From positions 6,839 through 70,838 of IMG/VR virus record IMGVR_UViG_2595698635_000001: 64,000 nt of DNA. One strand, 5' to 3'. The position numbers and the translations under genes are program-made. Origin of the DNA: a virus. Its lineage: Duplodnaviria; Caudoviricetes. Below the pieces are notes generated by a model, which had not been told where the DNA came from, did not search any database, and worked only from the letters and a program-made list of their open reading frames with translations. Position 1 is the stretch's first letter; the number at the start of each line of letters is the position of its first letter. Shown here in pieces: positions 48,644-57,182 of this stretch.

Positions 48644-48900
48644 ACATCTAACCAGATCGGCCCCTGTTTTGTCAAGCGGTTGACAATCTCCTTGACAAGG
48701 GCGGTAGGGTCAGCCTGAGAACTCGCTGACCCACCGAGCCAGGGTCAATGTCAGGGTGGTTCTGAGTGAGAGTGATACTCCTCCTGCCCGTGGCCCCGCC
48801 ATCGTGATCCGAACGCGCCGCACCCTTCGGGCGCGTTCGCACACTGGCCCCGCCCTCGGCCATCTAGCGCGCCGGGGAGATATGGGGTTATCTTTAATCC

Positions 48901-49668
48901 ATGACCACCACCACACGTAAGACCAAGGCCAAGGCCCCGAAGGGTGACGTGAGGCCCGAGACCCTGGCCCAGTTCGCCGCCATCCTGAATGACATCGCGG
49001 AGCGTGATGTCGGGTTCGACCGGATCGTCAACCGGCTGTACGTGGCCAGGGCGCAGCTCGCCCAGGTGACGGCGGCGCGGAAGGCGGTGTTCGTCCACGT
49101 CAAGCGCGCCTACGAGATCGGTCACCGGGCCATCGGTGATACCCCGTACGACTTGCGCGAGACCGCGCCGGGGCCGGTCACCCAGTACAGGGCGGTGGAC
49201 TCGGCGGTGGCCAAGAAGGCGGACGCGGCGGCGTGGCGGCGGGCGCATGTCGTGGCCCCGTTCGTCCAGGTGAAGGCCCCGGCGGCGGTGGCCTTGGCCG
49301 TGCCGCCGGTCGACGTCCCGGCGGACAGGGAGTTCATCAGCCCGCCCGAGGCGGTGGTGCTGCACCGTGAGCACCCCGCCTGGGCCGAGGGCAAGAAGCT
49401 GCGTGAGGCCGAGCGGTGGGCGCTGACCCAGCTGGAGGAGATCGGGCGGCAGTTCGACTGGCCGGGTGACCTCAAGGTGTTCGCCGACGGGTGGAGCGTG
49501 CAGCTGACCCGTGAGCAGTACAGCAGCGATGCCCTGGCCGAGCGAGACCCGGCGCTGTTCGATCAGCTGGCGGTGCTCAAGACCAAGCAGGCCGCGCCAC
49601 GGATCTACATCGCCAGGCGTGACGGCGATGACCCCGAGGGCGACATGGCCGAGTACGAGGGCGACTGA
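48901..49668 (+). CDS. Hypothetical protein (probably leaderless)
   Basis: TATCTT 6 nt before ATG; GC3 codons. Confidence 0.75.
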   Translation: MTTTTRKTKAKAPKGDVRPETLAQFAAILNDIAERDVGFDRIVNRLYVARAQLAQVTAARKAVFVHVKRAYEIGHRAIGDTPYDLRETAPGPVTQYRAVDSAVAKKADAAAWRRAHVVAPFVQVKAPAAVALAVPPVDVPADREFISPPEAVVLHREHPAWAEGKKLREAERWALTQLEEIGRQFDWPGDLKVFADGWSVQLTREQYSSDALAERDPALFDQLAVLKTKQAAPRIYIARRDGDDPEGDMAEYEGD

Positions 49669-49693
49669 GACCACCAGGTTATAGTGAATATCT

Positions 49694-49945
49694 ATGGCTA
49701 CTGTTATCCCCTCCAGACGGGGCCGACCGAGGGGTCCGGCCAAGGTGATGTTGCCCGTCAAAATGACGCCTGACCAGCGCAAACGCTTCAAGACCGCGTG
49801 CGCCGAGGAGGGCCTGACCTACGGCGAGTTCATCATCAAGTGGTTGGACGCCCGAGACGTCACGAAGCGGCGTCAGCAGCGCGCCCAGGCCCATCCGCTC
49901 CACCAACCGACCCGCAAGAGCCACTACCCAGGAGGAGGCGTCTGA
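49694..49945 (+). CDS. Ribbon-helix-helix DNA-binding protein
   Basis: RRGRP then MLPVKMTPDQRKRFKTACAEEGLTYGEFI. Confidence 0.75.
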   Translation: MATVIPSRRGRPRGPAKVMLPVKMTPDQRKRFKTACAEEGLTYGEFIIKWLDARDVTKRRQQRAQAHPLHQPTRKSHYPGGGV

Positions 49946-50169
49946 TGGCCCTCGGTGACCCTGAGCCCATGACCGCCCGCGAGGTGGCCGAGGCCCTGCT
50001 GGCGCTGCCCGACCCCGACGCGCCGCTGGAGCTGTGGTGCGGCGGTGACTACGGCCAGTTCTCCGTGACCAAGGTCGAGAGTCCGGTCGTGCTGAACCCG
50101 GCCAATCCGGCCAGCCGCCGCACCGTGGCCCCCGAGGCCGAGGGCGCGGTGGTGGTGAGGCTGATCTGA
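49945..50169 (+). CDS. Hypothetical protein
   Basis: GGAGG RBS, TGATG coupling. Confidence 0.65.
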   Translation: MALGDPEPMTAREVAEALLALPDPDAPLELWCGGDYGQFSVTKVESPVVLNPANPASRRTVAPEAEGAVVVRLI

Positions 50170-50351
50170 TGCCCGACCTCAACGACATGCACGACGACGA
50201 GGTGCGCGCCCGGCTCGGCCTGCCCGCCCTGGGTCGGCCCATGACCATGGAGGAGCGCATCGAGTACAACGCGCTGCGGGCGTTCCCCGAGCCGTTCGAC
50301 CCTGAGACCGAGGCGGCGCTGGACGTGGCCGACATGCTGGAGGGCCAGTGA
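50169..50351 (+). CDS. Hypothetical protein
   Basis: TGATG coupling. Confidence 0.65.
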   Translation: MPDLNDMHDDEVRARLGLPALGRPMTMEERIEYNALRAFPEPFDPETEAALDVADMLEGQ

Positions 50352-50806
50352 GCACGCGCGGCGACTGCCCTCACGGGTGGGAGCCCGCCCTGTGCTGGCG
50401 GTGTCCGTGGCCCGAGCTGAGCGTCCCCGAGCCGACTCAGCCCGAGATCGAGGCGCTGCGTCGGGCGCTGGCGGCGTTCGATGACTGGCCCCCGTCAGGG
50501 CCTCAGGCCGACCGCGCCGAGGCCCAGGCGGTCGCTGAGGCGGCGAGGGCGGTGGTGGCGCTGTATGACGCCCAGGTGATGGCCATGCGCCAGGCGGCGG
50601 CTCAGCAGATCAGCCAGGCCCAGATCGAGCAGCTGATGGCCCGGCCCGAGCCCACCAGCAAGACCGTCCAGTGTCCACGGTGTGGCCACGTCCAGGAGAT
50701 CCCCAGCCAGGTGTTCACGCCGAGCTGCCCGAGGTGCTTCCAGACCTGGAACACCATCCGACCGCGAGAGGAGAGCGGAGGTGACCGTCCGCGTGATCGA
50801 CGTTGA
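50348..50806 (+). CDS. Zn-ribbon protein
   Basis: CPRCG...CPRC. Confidence 0.65.
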   Translation: MSTRGDCPHGWEPALCWRCPWPELSVPEPTQPEIEALRRALAAFDDWPPSGPQADRAEAQAVAEAARAVVALYDAQVMAMRQAAAQQISQAQIEQLMARPEPTSKTVQCPRCGHVQEIPSQVFTPSCPRCFQTWNTIRPREESGGDRPRDRR

Positions 50807-51065
50807 TAACAGCCAGGTGGTGCGCGCCCAGGTGGACCGGGCCACCGCGTGCTTCTACCCCGGCAACAAGAACCGGGTCGTGGTGGTGGCCGATGCCGCC
50901 GACTTCGGCGCGGCCATCGCCGCCCTGGAGGAGCTGCGCGCTCACGCCGAGCCCGGCGAGTACCTAGGCTGCATGGACTGTGGCGGACGCACCTGGAGCC
51001 CTGACCCGCCCGAGGAGACCGAGGGCGAGCACTACAACCGGATGAACGGGCTCGGCCCCGAGTGA
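50781..51065 (+). CDS. Hypothetical protein
   Basis: GAGGAG before GTG 50781. Confidence 0.6.
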   Translation: MTVRVIDVDNSQVVRAQVDRATACFYPGNKNRVVVVADAADFGAAIAALEELRAHAEPGEYLGCMDCGGRTWSPDPPEETEGEHYNRMNGLGPE

Positions 51066-51098
51066 GTCGGGTAACTGTTGCACCGCGTCGCGTAGGCT
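51054..51098 (+). promoter_or_regulatory. Operator copy 6 (51054-51074) upstream of TAGGCT -10
   Basis: CCCGA-GTGAG-TCGGGTAA. Confidence 0.65.
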
Positions 51099-51104
51099 CT
51101 GACC

Positions 51105-51785
51105 ATGACCGTTAGCGATGACGACCTCAGCAGCTTGATCAACGAGGAGCTGCTGGCCCGACGGACCAAGGTGATGTACCTCAAGAACGCCGGGGCCACC
51201 TGGGCTCAGATCGCCCAGCAGGTCGGCGTGTCCATCGCCACCTGTCGCAAGGACATGGCCATCGTCCAGCGCGACATCAACAACGAGCAGCCGAGCCAGG
51301 TCGTGGCCCGTCACCGCGCCGTCATCTTCGACATCCAGCGGGCCAACTACCCGGCCATGATGCGCGGCGACAAGGACGCCGCCATGGTGATCCTCCGCGC
51401 CCTCCACCGTGAGGCCAACCTGCTCGGGCTCGACAGCCCGACCCGAGTGCTGGCGGCGGTCAGCGCGGAGGACTTCGCCAACGAGGCCGCGCGCCTCATC
51501 GAGAGCATTACATCCAAGGACGCCGACACCCTCAAGGAGCTGACCAGTGCGAACCGACCGATCACTGTCGAGGAAGTCCCCCTCCCCGAGCCCGAGGTGG
51601 CTGGACCAGATCAAGGCCAGCCTCCCGCCGTGGCAGGGGAGCCTGATGGACCGGCTGCTCAGCCGCCCGGCGGGTCAGCCGCTGATGGTCGCGCCCCCAC
51701 CGACGCACCCGAGCGCGAGTCCCGCGTACCTGGACAGGCTGGCCTCCCCGACCTTCCCGACGACGACGGATGGTCCAATCTCTGA
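51105..51785 (+). CDS. HTH DNA-binding protein (terminase small subunit-like)
   Basis: GATWAQIAQQVGVSIAT HTH; REANLLGLDSP motif. Confidence 0.7.
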   Translation: MTVSDDDLSSLINEELLARRTKVMYLKNAGATWAQIAQQVGVSIATCRKDMAIVQRDINNEQPSQVVARHRAVIFDIQRANYPAMMRGDKDAAMVILRALHREANLLGLDSPTRVLAAVSAEDFANEAARLIESITSKDADTLKELTSANRPITVEEVPLPEPEVAGPDQGQPPAVAGEPDGPAAQPPGGSAADGRAPTDAPERESRVPGQAGLPDLPDDDGWSNL

Positions 51786-52443
51786 GCCCGAGCCCCGCGT
51801 GACGCACACCTCGGAGCTGGTGGAGCGTCACCGCGTGACGATGCCGGTCGGGGCCACGGGCGACAACGTGGCCGTCGCCAGGCTCCACGCCGAGGCATGG
51901 GCCGAGTGGAACGGGCTGGAGATCAGGCCCGAGTCCTTCGAGGTGCTGGCGTCGTCCAGCTTCGACGCCGACCACGGCGAGTACATCGGCGTGGCGTTCG
52001 ACGTCGTGATCGGCAAGGGCGACCTGTCCACCGATCACCGCGAGCGCGGTGAGGCCGACGCCTGGACCTGGAGCGCCCGCTTCCAGCACTGGCGCAACGT
52101 GTTCAACGGCATGGGCCGTCAGGGCCGACTGATCGCGCGCCGGGAGGACGGGCTGGCCAGCGTGACCCGCATCGGTGACCCGACCCGCCAGCCCGGCACC
52201 CTCCGCGAGCGCCTGGGCGTGCCGCCCGAGGGCTCCATCGGGATCAAGCGCGGCGGTCTGCGGATGACCGAGGACATTCACCCGGCCTGGAGCGACCCCG
52301 ACCATCCGGTCAGCCGCGAGCTGCGCGAGACCTACGCGCCGCCGGTCCCGCCCGCCGATCAGCGCCCGCCGTGGCTGCGCCGGGCCGACGGCTGGGACGA
52401 GGACGATGCCGGGGAGGGCGTTCCGCCCGGCCTGGTCGACTGA
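51547..52443 (+). CDS. Hypothetical protein (long overlap with the previous gene)
   Basis: AAGGAG before GTG 51547; GC3 codons through the overlap. Confidence 0.6.
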   Translation: MRTDRSLSRKSPSPSPRWLDQIKASLPPWQGSLMDRLLSRPAGQPLMVAPPPTHPSASPAYLDRLASPTFPTTTDGPISEPEPRVTHTSELVERHRVTMPVGATGDNVAVARLHAEAWAEWNGLEIRPESFEVLASSSFDADHGEYIGVAFDVVIGKGDLSTDHRERGEADAWTWSARFQHWRNVFNGMGRQGRLIARREDGLASVTRIGDPTRQPGTLRERLGVPPEGSIGIKRGGLRMTEDIHPAWSDPDHPVSRELRETYAPPVPPADQRPPWLRRADGWDEDDAGEGVPPGLVD

Positions 52444-52475
52444 GGCTCCACCTGTAAGGCGCTACCCTGGGCGGC

Positions 52476-52754
52476 ATGGCTTCGACTAGCGGCGCGTCCG
52501 CCCAGCACCCGTCCACCCTGGCTCTACTCGACCACCTCAAGCGCGACGACGTGACCGAGGCCAGTCCCGAGCTTGAATGGGCGGTGGTGCGCTCGGTGAG
52601 CTACACCGGCCAGGAGGTGGCCGACCGGCTGCCGAACGGCGGGCCTGAGCTGACCGCCGGGCTCCGTAAGCTGCTGGAGGCCCAGGACTGTTTCCTCCGC
52701 GCCGCCCGTGAGCACCGCCGCCTGGCCGAGCGCCCCGCCGTCGGGGAGGCCTGA
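52476..52754 (+). CDS. Helical-hairpin protein with PELTAGLRKLLEAxDCFxRAA motif
   Basis: Recognised phage-associated motif; TACCCT 7 nt before ATG. Confidence 0.7.
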   Translation: MASTSGASAQHPSTLALLDHLKRDDVTEASPELEWAVVRSVSYTGQEVADRLPNGGPELTAGLRKLLEAQDCFLRAAREHRRLAERPAVGEA

Positions 52755-52756
52755 CC

Positions 52757-53071
52757 ATGGGCGACGTGATCGACATCCGCACGGGGCGTCCGGCTGAGCC
52801 CGTCACCATCGTGGACAAGCGCCGCGCCCGCACCAAGGCCGACGCGCTGGCTGAGAACGGCCTGGCGGCGCTGACCGGCTCGGTGGCCCCGCCCCCGGCC
52901 CAGGCTCAGGACCGCGCCCAGCTGGCCAAGAACGTCACCAACCTGGCGGGCAATCTCTGGTGGCACGCCCAGGGCGCGACTCAGCGCGGCGACCACCTCG
53001 GGGCCAGCCGTCACCACATCGCTCGGACGCGCGTGCTGGCTCAGGCGCGCCGGGAGGGCGTCATCGAGTGA
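52757..53071 (+). CDS. Hypothetical protein
   Basis: GGAGG RBS. Confidence 0.7.
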   Translation: MGDVIDIRTGRPAEPVTIVDKRRARTKADALAENGLAALTGSVAPPPAQAQDRAQLAKNVTNLAGNLWWHAQGATQRGDHLGASRHHIARTRVLAQARREGVIE

Positions 53072-53748
53072 CCCAGCCCGAGGATGGTGACTTCGTAACG
53101 CCGTCGGACGACGCGCCCCGCTGGGCACCGGACGACCAGCTGCTTCCGGCCCTGCTGGCCGGATCGACCACCATCCGCTACGCCGATCTGGCCCGAGGCG
53201 ACCGAGCCTGGGCCATCGCGGGCCTACGCCTGAACGGGGTCACCGCCGAGGCCATCGCGGACCAGCTGACGTGCTCACTGCGCCAGGTCAGGGCCGTCGC
53301 CGCCGAGCCCGCCGCCATCCTGGCCCGGTTCTACATGGTCGAGTCCGAGGCGTTCGCCGACACGCTGAGGATGCTCCAGGGTGATCTGGCCCGGCTGACC
53401 CGTGAGCTGGCCGAGACCGCCGCCGAGCGTGACCGGTACAAGGGCCACCTTGGCCGGATGATCGACGCCGCCCTGGTCGGTGACCTCGGGCCGACGTTCG
53501 CCAAGTGCGGCCACCCGAAGACCCGCTACAACAGCTACACCGCGCCCAAGACGGGCAAGGTGTCCTGCCGGATGTGTCACGCCGAGGCCCAGGCCGAGTA
53601 CCGCGCCCGGCTCAAGGCCGCGTCCGACGCCGCCCCCGTGGGTACCCTGAGCCCATGGCCAAGGGCAACCGATCACGCGGGACGCGCGCCAGCCTGCGCC
53701 GAGGGCGGGCCACCGTCGCCCGACGCGGGCACGGCGGGCCTCACCTGA
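53068..53748 (+). CDS. HTH + coiled coil + Zn-ribbon DNA-binding protein
   Basis: GVTAEAIADQLTCSLRQV; CGH...CRMC. Confidence 0.7.
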   Translation: MTQPEDGDFVTPSDDAPRWAPDDQLLPALLAGSTTIRYADLARGDRAWAIAGLRLNGVTAEAIADQLTCSLRQVRAVAAEPAAILARFYMVESEAFADTLRMLQGDLARLTRELAETAAERDRYKGHLGRMIDAALVGDLGPTFAKCGHPKTRYNSYTAPKTGKVSCRMCHAEAQAEYRARLKAASDAAPVGTLSPWPRATDHAGRAPACAEGGPPSPDAGTAGLT

Positions 53749-53933
53749 GCCGCCGGGGCGGCGGCAACCTCACGTTCGGGCGTCACGGCCCCAGCGTCAA
53801 GAAGGACAACACCTACGAGGCGCTGCGTCGCAAGGGCTACTCCAAGGAGAAGGCCGCGCGCATCGCGAACGCCCAGCACAACGGCACGATCAATCACCGC
53901 CGGGGTCGGCGCGGGCCTCACCAGAAGCGCTGA
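53655..53933 (+). CDS. Very basic small protein with DUF7218-like motif
   Basis: GPSVKKDNTYEALRRKGYSKEKAARIAN; TACCCT 6 nt before ATG. Confidence 0.7.
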   Translation: MAKGNRSRGTRASLRRGRATVARRGHGGPHLSRRGGGNLTFGRHGPSVKKDNTYEALRRKGYSKEKAARIANAQHNGTINHRRGRRGPHQKR

Positions 53934-54116
53934 AAGGCCCGAGTTAGCGGGTAGTGATGACCGGTCAATCACGGTCTCGCGTACGCTGGCCAGTGCCCGA
54001 CCCTCCGCGCCCGGCAGCTTGATCACTCGCCAGGCCAGACGGCCAACCGTTGGACCCGAGCGGACGCGCTCACCGGTCTTGATCGGCTCTGATCTGAGGA
54101 GGGCGGGCGCTATATC

Positions 54117-54695
54117 TCAGCCGGTCACTGTCCGGCTGGAGCCCCAGTCCTCGGGCTCGGCGTCACAGCACATCGCGCACACGATCATCGGGTCACCGTG
54201 GTTGCCGCGCGTCCCGTCGCACGCCGGGCGCTCGGGCTCGACGTGGTGAGGACAGTCGAACCCCATCGGGTCGGGCTCGCACGTACACGGCTCGACGCGC
54301 CGGACCACCACGCCACCGCCGCCCTTGGGCGGGCGTGGAGGCGGGTTCTGGAGGCCGGTCGGCGGCTCACCTCGGCACGTCCGGCACCGGTACAGGCCGC
54401 TCTCCGTCCAGCCCATCAGCCGCCGGATCGGGATGTTCCCGCACCCCTGGCACCAGTCCCGCGTCGTGGTGTCGACGCTGGGCCTCGGCTGGCGTCCTGC
54501 CACGGGTACCTCCTCGGTGACCTGGTAGTCGCGCCCGTCGATGGCCGTCTCGATGAACGTCCGGTAGGCGCGGTACGCCTCGGCGCTGGCCTGGGCTCGG
54601 CCACCTCGGCGGGCGTTCACGTAGTGGAGCAACCCGGCAACACCGCTGAGCACGCCCGCGCTGCTCAGCATCTGGATGATCAGGTCGGCGGTCAT
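54117..54695 (-). CDS. Membrane-anchored Cys-rich protein
   Basis: ATGA overlap with HNH; N-terminus paralogous to 7716-8048. Confidence 0.65.
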   Translation of the reverse strand: MTADLIIQMLSSAGVLSGVAGLLHYVNARRGGRAQASAEAYRAYRTFIETAIDGRDYQVTEEVPVAGRQPRPSVDTTTRDWCQGCGNIPIRRLMGWTESGLYRCRTCRGEPPTGLQNPPPRPPKGGGGVVVRRVEPCTCEPDPMGFDCPHHVEPERPACDGTRGNHGDPMIVCAMCCDAEPEDWGSSRTVTG

Positions 54696-55060
54696 ACCAG
54701 GCCCGCCGCCAGGTTGGCGCAGTCGGCGGCGTGCGTGGCCAGCCAGTGGACTCCGCAGGCGCGGCACAGGTCGTCGTCACCGTACGGGCTCGCCGCCTGG
54801 GCCAGCGCCCACTTCACCCGAGCGCCCTCACGGTGTGAGCACGTCGGGCAGTGTGGCCTGATGTTCGACCGGATGTACCGCCCGCCTTCGTGGGCGGGGA
54901 CGATCCGGTCGACGTGGATGGTCTTGTCGTTGACCATGGCCCCGCACTCCCAGCAGGGCACCTTGACGCCATCACCGCCGAACCCCGAGGCCGGGCTGAG
55001 TAGCCAGGCCCGCCGGGCGCGCCGGTCGTAGCTGGACCCTCGGTCGTTCCCGTTAGGCAT
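54692..55060 (-). CDS. HNH endonuclease
   Basis: CWECG...VDRIVP...GGRY...NIRPHCPTC. Confidence 0.85.
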   Translation of the reverse strand: MPNGNDRGSSYDRRARRAWLLSPASGFGGDGVKVPCWECGAMVNDKTIHVDRIVPAHEGGRYIRSNIRPHCPTCSHREGARVKWALAQAASPYGDDDLCRACGVHWLATHAADCANLAAGLV

Positions 55061-55268
55061 CGAACTCCTCCTCGTACCAGGGCAGCCACTCACTGGCCGG
55101 GCGCGGTTGACCGGCCTCCACGCTGGCGTCGAACAGGCTCAGCAGGTACTCCAGGTACTGGACGTGCGGGTTAGGCCCGAGCCCGCCGACGTCGGGCGCG
55201 TCGACAATCCGCTGGATGAACTTCCGGCGCTGCTTGGCCACGTCCATCCCGTGGCTGACGGTCTTCAC
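55053..55268 (-). CDS. Hypothetical protein
   Basis: GTGA overlap chain. Confidence 0.65.
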   Translation of the reverse strand: MKTVSHGMDVAKQRRKFIQRIVDAPDVGGLGPNPHVQYLEYLLSLFDASVEAGQPRPASEWLPWYEEEFDA

Positions 55269-55423
55269 CGCGCCGCCCGGCTCGGCGGGTCGAACACCAG
55301 CCGCCAGCGCCCCTGAGGCGGGCACCAGACCAGCACCCAGGCCGACCGCCCGGCGAGGCCGCGCTGAGCGGCGTCAGCGTCATTCAGGCGGGCAACGTCG
55401 GCCCGCGTGGGCACCGGGGTCAC
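55265..55423 (-). CDS. Small hypothetical protein
   Basis: GTGA overlap chain. Confidence 0.5.
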   Translation of the reverse strand: MTPVPTRADVARLNDADAAQRGLAGRSAWVLVWCPPQGRWRLVFDPPSRAAR

Positions 55424-55626
55424 CGCCTGTGCCGCCCTCGGTAGCGCCAGCGCCCGTCCAGGCGCACCAGCAGCCGTCGGCACCCGCCCGCCCCGGCGCA
55501 CTCGACGCCGTTGGCGTACATGAACCAGGCGTGGAAGTGGCGGCAACCAGGGGCACGCCCTGGGCTGGCGACGAACGTCGGCTGGCGGTGGACCGGCACC
55601 GTCGGGTCGATCCGCTGGCCCCTCAC
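55420..55626 (-). CDS. Small hypothetical protein
   Basis: GTGA overlap chain. Confidence 0.5.
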   Translation of the reverse strand: MRGQRIDPTVPVHRQPTFVASPGRAPGCRHFHAWFMYANGVECAGAGGCRRLLVRLDGRWRYRGRHRR

Positions 55627-55853
55627 GGCGCGGGGAACGGGCTCAGGCCGCGCTTCACGCGAGCGTCGACACTCTGGCAGTTGAACGCGTGGTCGGTGGT
55701 CTCGGCGGTCTGGCAACAGGCCCTCACGCCATGGGCGCACGGCCTGACCGAGAAGTCGGCGGTGTCCACGCTGACCGGCTTGCCGCAGATGACGCACTTC
55801 GGCCAGTCGAACCCGCCCGAGCGGTCGGCGTAGTAGTGCTGGTGGTCGGCCAT
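55623..55853 (-). CDS. Small Cys-rich protein
   Basis: TGATG coupling; CVICG. Confidence 0.6.
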   Translation of the reverse strand: MADHQHYYADRSGGFDWPKCVICGKPVSVDTADFSVRPCAHGVRACCQTAETTDHAFNCQSVDARVKRGLSPFPAP

Positions 55854-55999
55854 CAGATCCTCGGCAGGGGGATGCCGCCGGGGTAGGCGATGTCCTTGAG
55901 CCGGTGAAGCTCGGCCTCCTGGGCCTCGGTGAGCTTGTCCCACGGCTTGACGTCGGCCAGCAGAGCGGCGATCTGGCGCTTGGCCTCGGACTTGAACAT
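55853..55999 (-). CDS. Small protein, first gene of module 7
   Basis: GAGGAG RBS after the hairpin. Confidence 0.7.
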   Translation of the reverse strand: MFKSEAKRQIAALLADVKPWDKLTEAQEAELHRLKDIAYPGGIPLPRI

Positions 56000-56018
56000 G
56001 TCGGTCTCCTCGATCAGT

Positions 56019-56074
56019 GGCGGTCGGCCCCGCCTCACACCCATTAAGTTACCCGAGTCAGTCGGGTAAGTCAA
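56019..56074 (-). promoter_or_regulatory. Module 7: TTGACT-N17-TAACTT, operator 56049-56069, hairpin 56019-56034
   Basis: Repeat motif match. Confidence 0.85.
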
Positions 56075-56080
56075 GCTGAC

Positions 56081-56362
56081 TCACGGGCACTCCGTCCCAG
56101 GTCGGTGGACCAGGCGGCATTCCGCGCAGATTGACTCACTCGGGGCCAGCTCGATGTCGCGGAGCCTGAGCCCGTCGCCCTGGCCGTTGGGCCGGTACCA
56201 GTCGGGCGCGTCCATCTCCAGGACGTCGGGCACGCTGTAGGCGCTGTCGTTGTCGCACCCGCCCACCTCGTCGCACCGGTCGCACACCACGGTCAGGTCG
56301 CCCGCGAGCTGGTGATCGGTCCAGGCGTGGCCACACCGGCACACGCGCCCTGGCCGCGTCAT
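56081..56362 (-). CDS. Small Cys-rich protein
   Basis: GGAGG RBS; CRCGH, CAEC. Confidence 0.6.
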   Translation of the reverse strand: MTRPGRVCRCGHAWTDHQLAGDLTVVCDRCDEVGGCDNDSAYSVPDVLEMDAPDWYRPNGQGDGLRLRDIELAPSESICAECRLVHRPGTECP

Positions 56363-56700
56363 CGCCGGGCCTCCTCGGTCTGCTGGCGGGCGTGGCTCGG
56401 GTCGACGCGGAACCACCAGGTCTCGCCCTCGGGTGAGGCCCCGGTCCAGTCGTCGCAGTCGAGCAGGATGAACCCCTCACGCGGGGCCATCGGGTGGTCG
56501 CGCAGTTCGTGGTGCGTGTTGCCCAGGCCATGGGCGTACCGAGGCCGACCGCCCTCGCGGAACGTCAGCCGGGCGGGCAGGTTGACCACCACCGCGCGCC
56601 GATCACCGAGCACGTAGTGGAGCAGGGGCGGATCCTCGATCACCTTGGCCCCGGCGGCGAACAGGGCGAACACCGCCTCCACGCGGCGACGGGCGCTCAC
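56359..56700 (-). CDS. Hypothetical protein
   Basis: Overlap chain. Confidence 0.6.
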   Translation of the reverse strand: MSARRRVEAVFALFAAGAKVIEDPPLLHYVLGDRRAVVVNLPARLTFREGGRPRYAHGLGNTHHELRDHPMAPREGFILLDCDDWTGASPEGETWWFRVDPSHARQQTEEARR

Positions 56701-57182
56701 GCGGACACCTGCTCGATCAGCACGCCGACGCTCATGCGCGGGCCGACGCGGTGCTCAGGGTTGGCGGCGCTCAGGATGAACCGCCCGTACTCGTCGTGGA
56801 CGGTCACCAGGTCGTGCGTGACGCGGAGCTTCATTCGGCCCGGCGGCTCGGTGATGAACGCCATGGACAGCGGGCCGGTCACCGAGTCGGCCCCGAACAG
56901 GTGCTCGACGTACCCGATAATCGACACGCGGGCCTCAGCGCCGGGGTCCAGGTCCACGGTGGGGATCGTGGTCTCGCGGACGTCGAAGTGACGGCGGTCG
57001 GTCGGCCTGGTCGACTTCCACCAGTCCCATAACAGCAGCGCCCCGGCCACCGCGAACGCTTCGGTCCAGCTCCAGTCGGTCACGTCATCCGGCAGGCCGA
57101 ACACGTACTCGGCCACGCGGAGGAACAGCCACATGCCGATCCACCAGGCCGCGATCCGGCCCAGCTCCCAGCGCGCGGTCAC
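56697..57182 (-). CDS. Membrane protein (2 TM)
   Basis: Trp-rich hydrophobic segments; GTGA overlap. Confidence 0.6.
   Translation of the reverse strand: MTARWELGRIAAWWIGMWLFLRVAEYVFGLPDDVTDWSWTEAFAVAGALLLWDWWKSTRPTDRRHFDVRETTIPTVDLDPGAEARVSIIGYVEHLFGADSVTGPLSMAFITEPPGRMKLRVTHDLVTVHDEYGRFILSAANPEHRVGPRMSVGVLIEQVSA

Noticed and set aside
48700-48880. tRNA gene in the intergenic region
   Set aside because: No cloverleaf with a T-loop GTTCRA and acceptor stem could be built by eye
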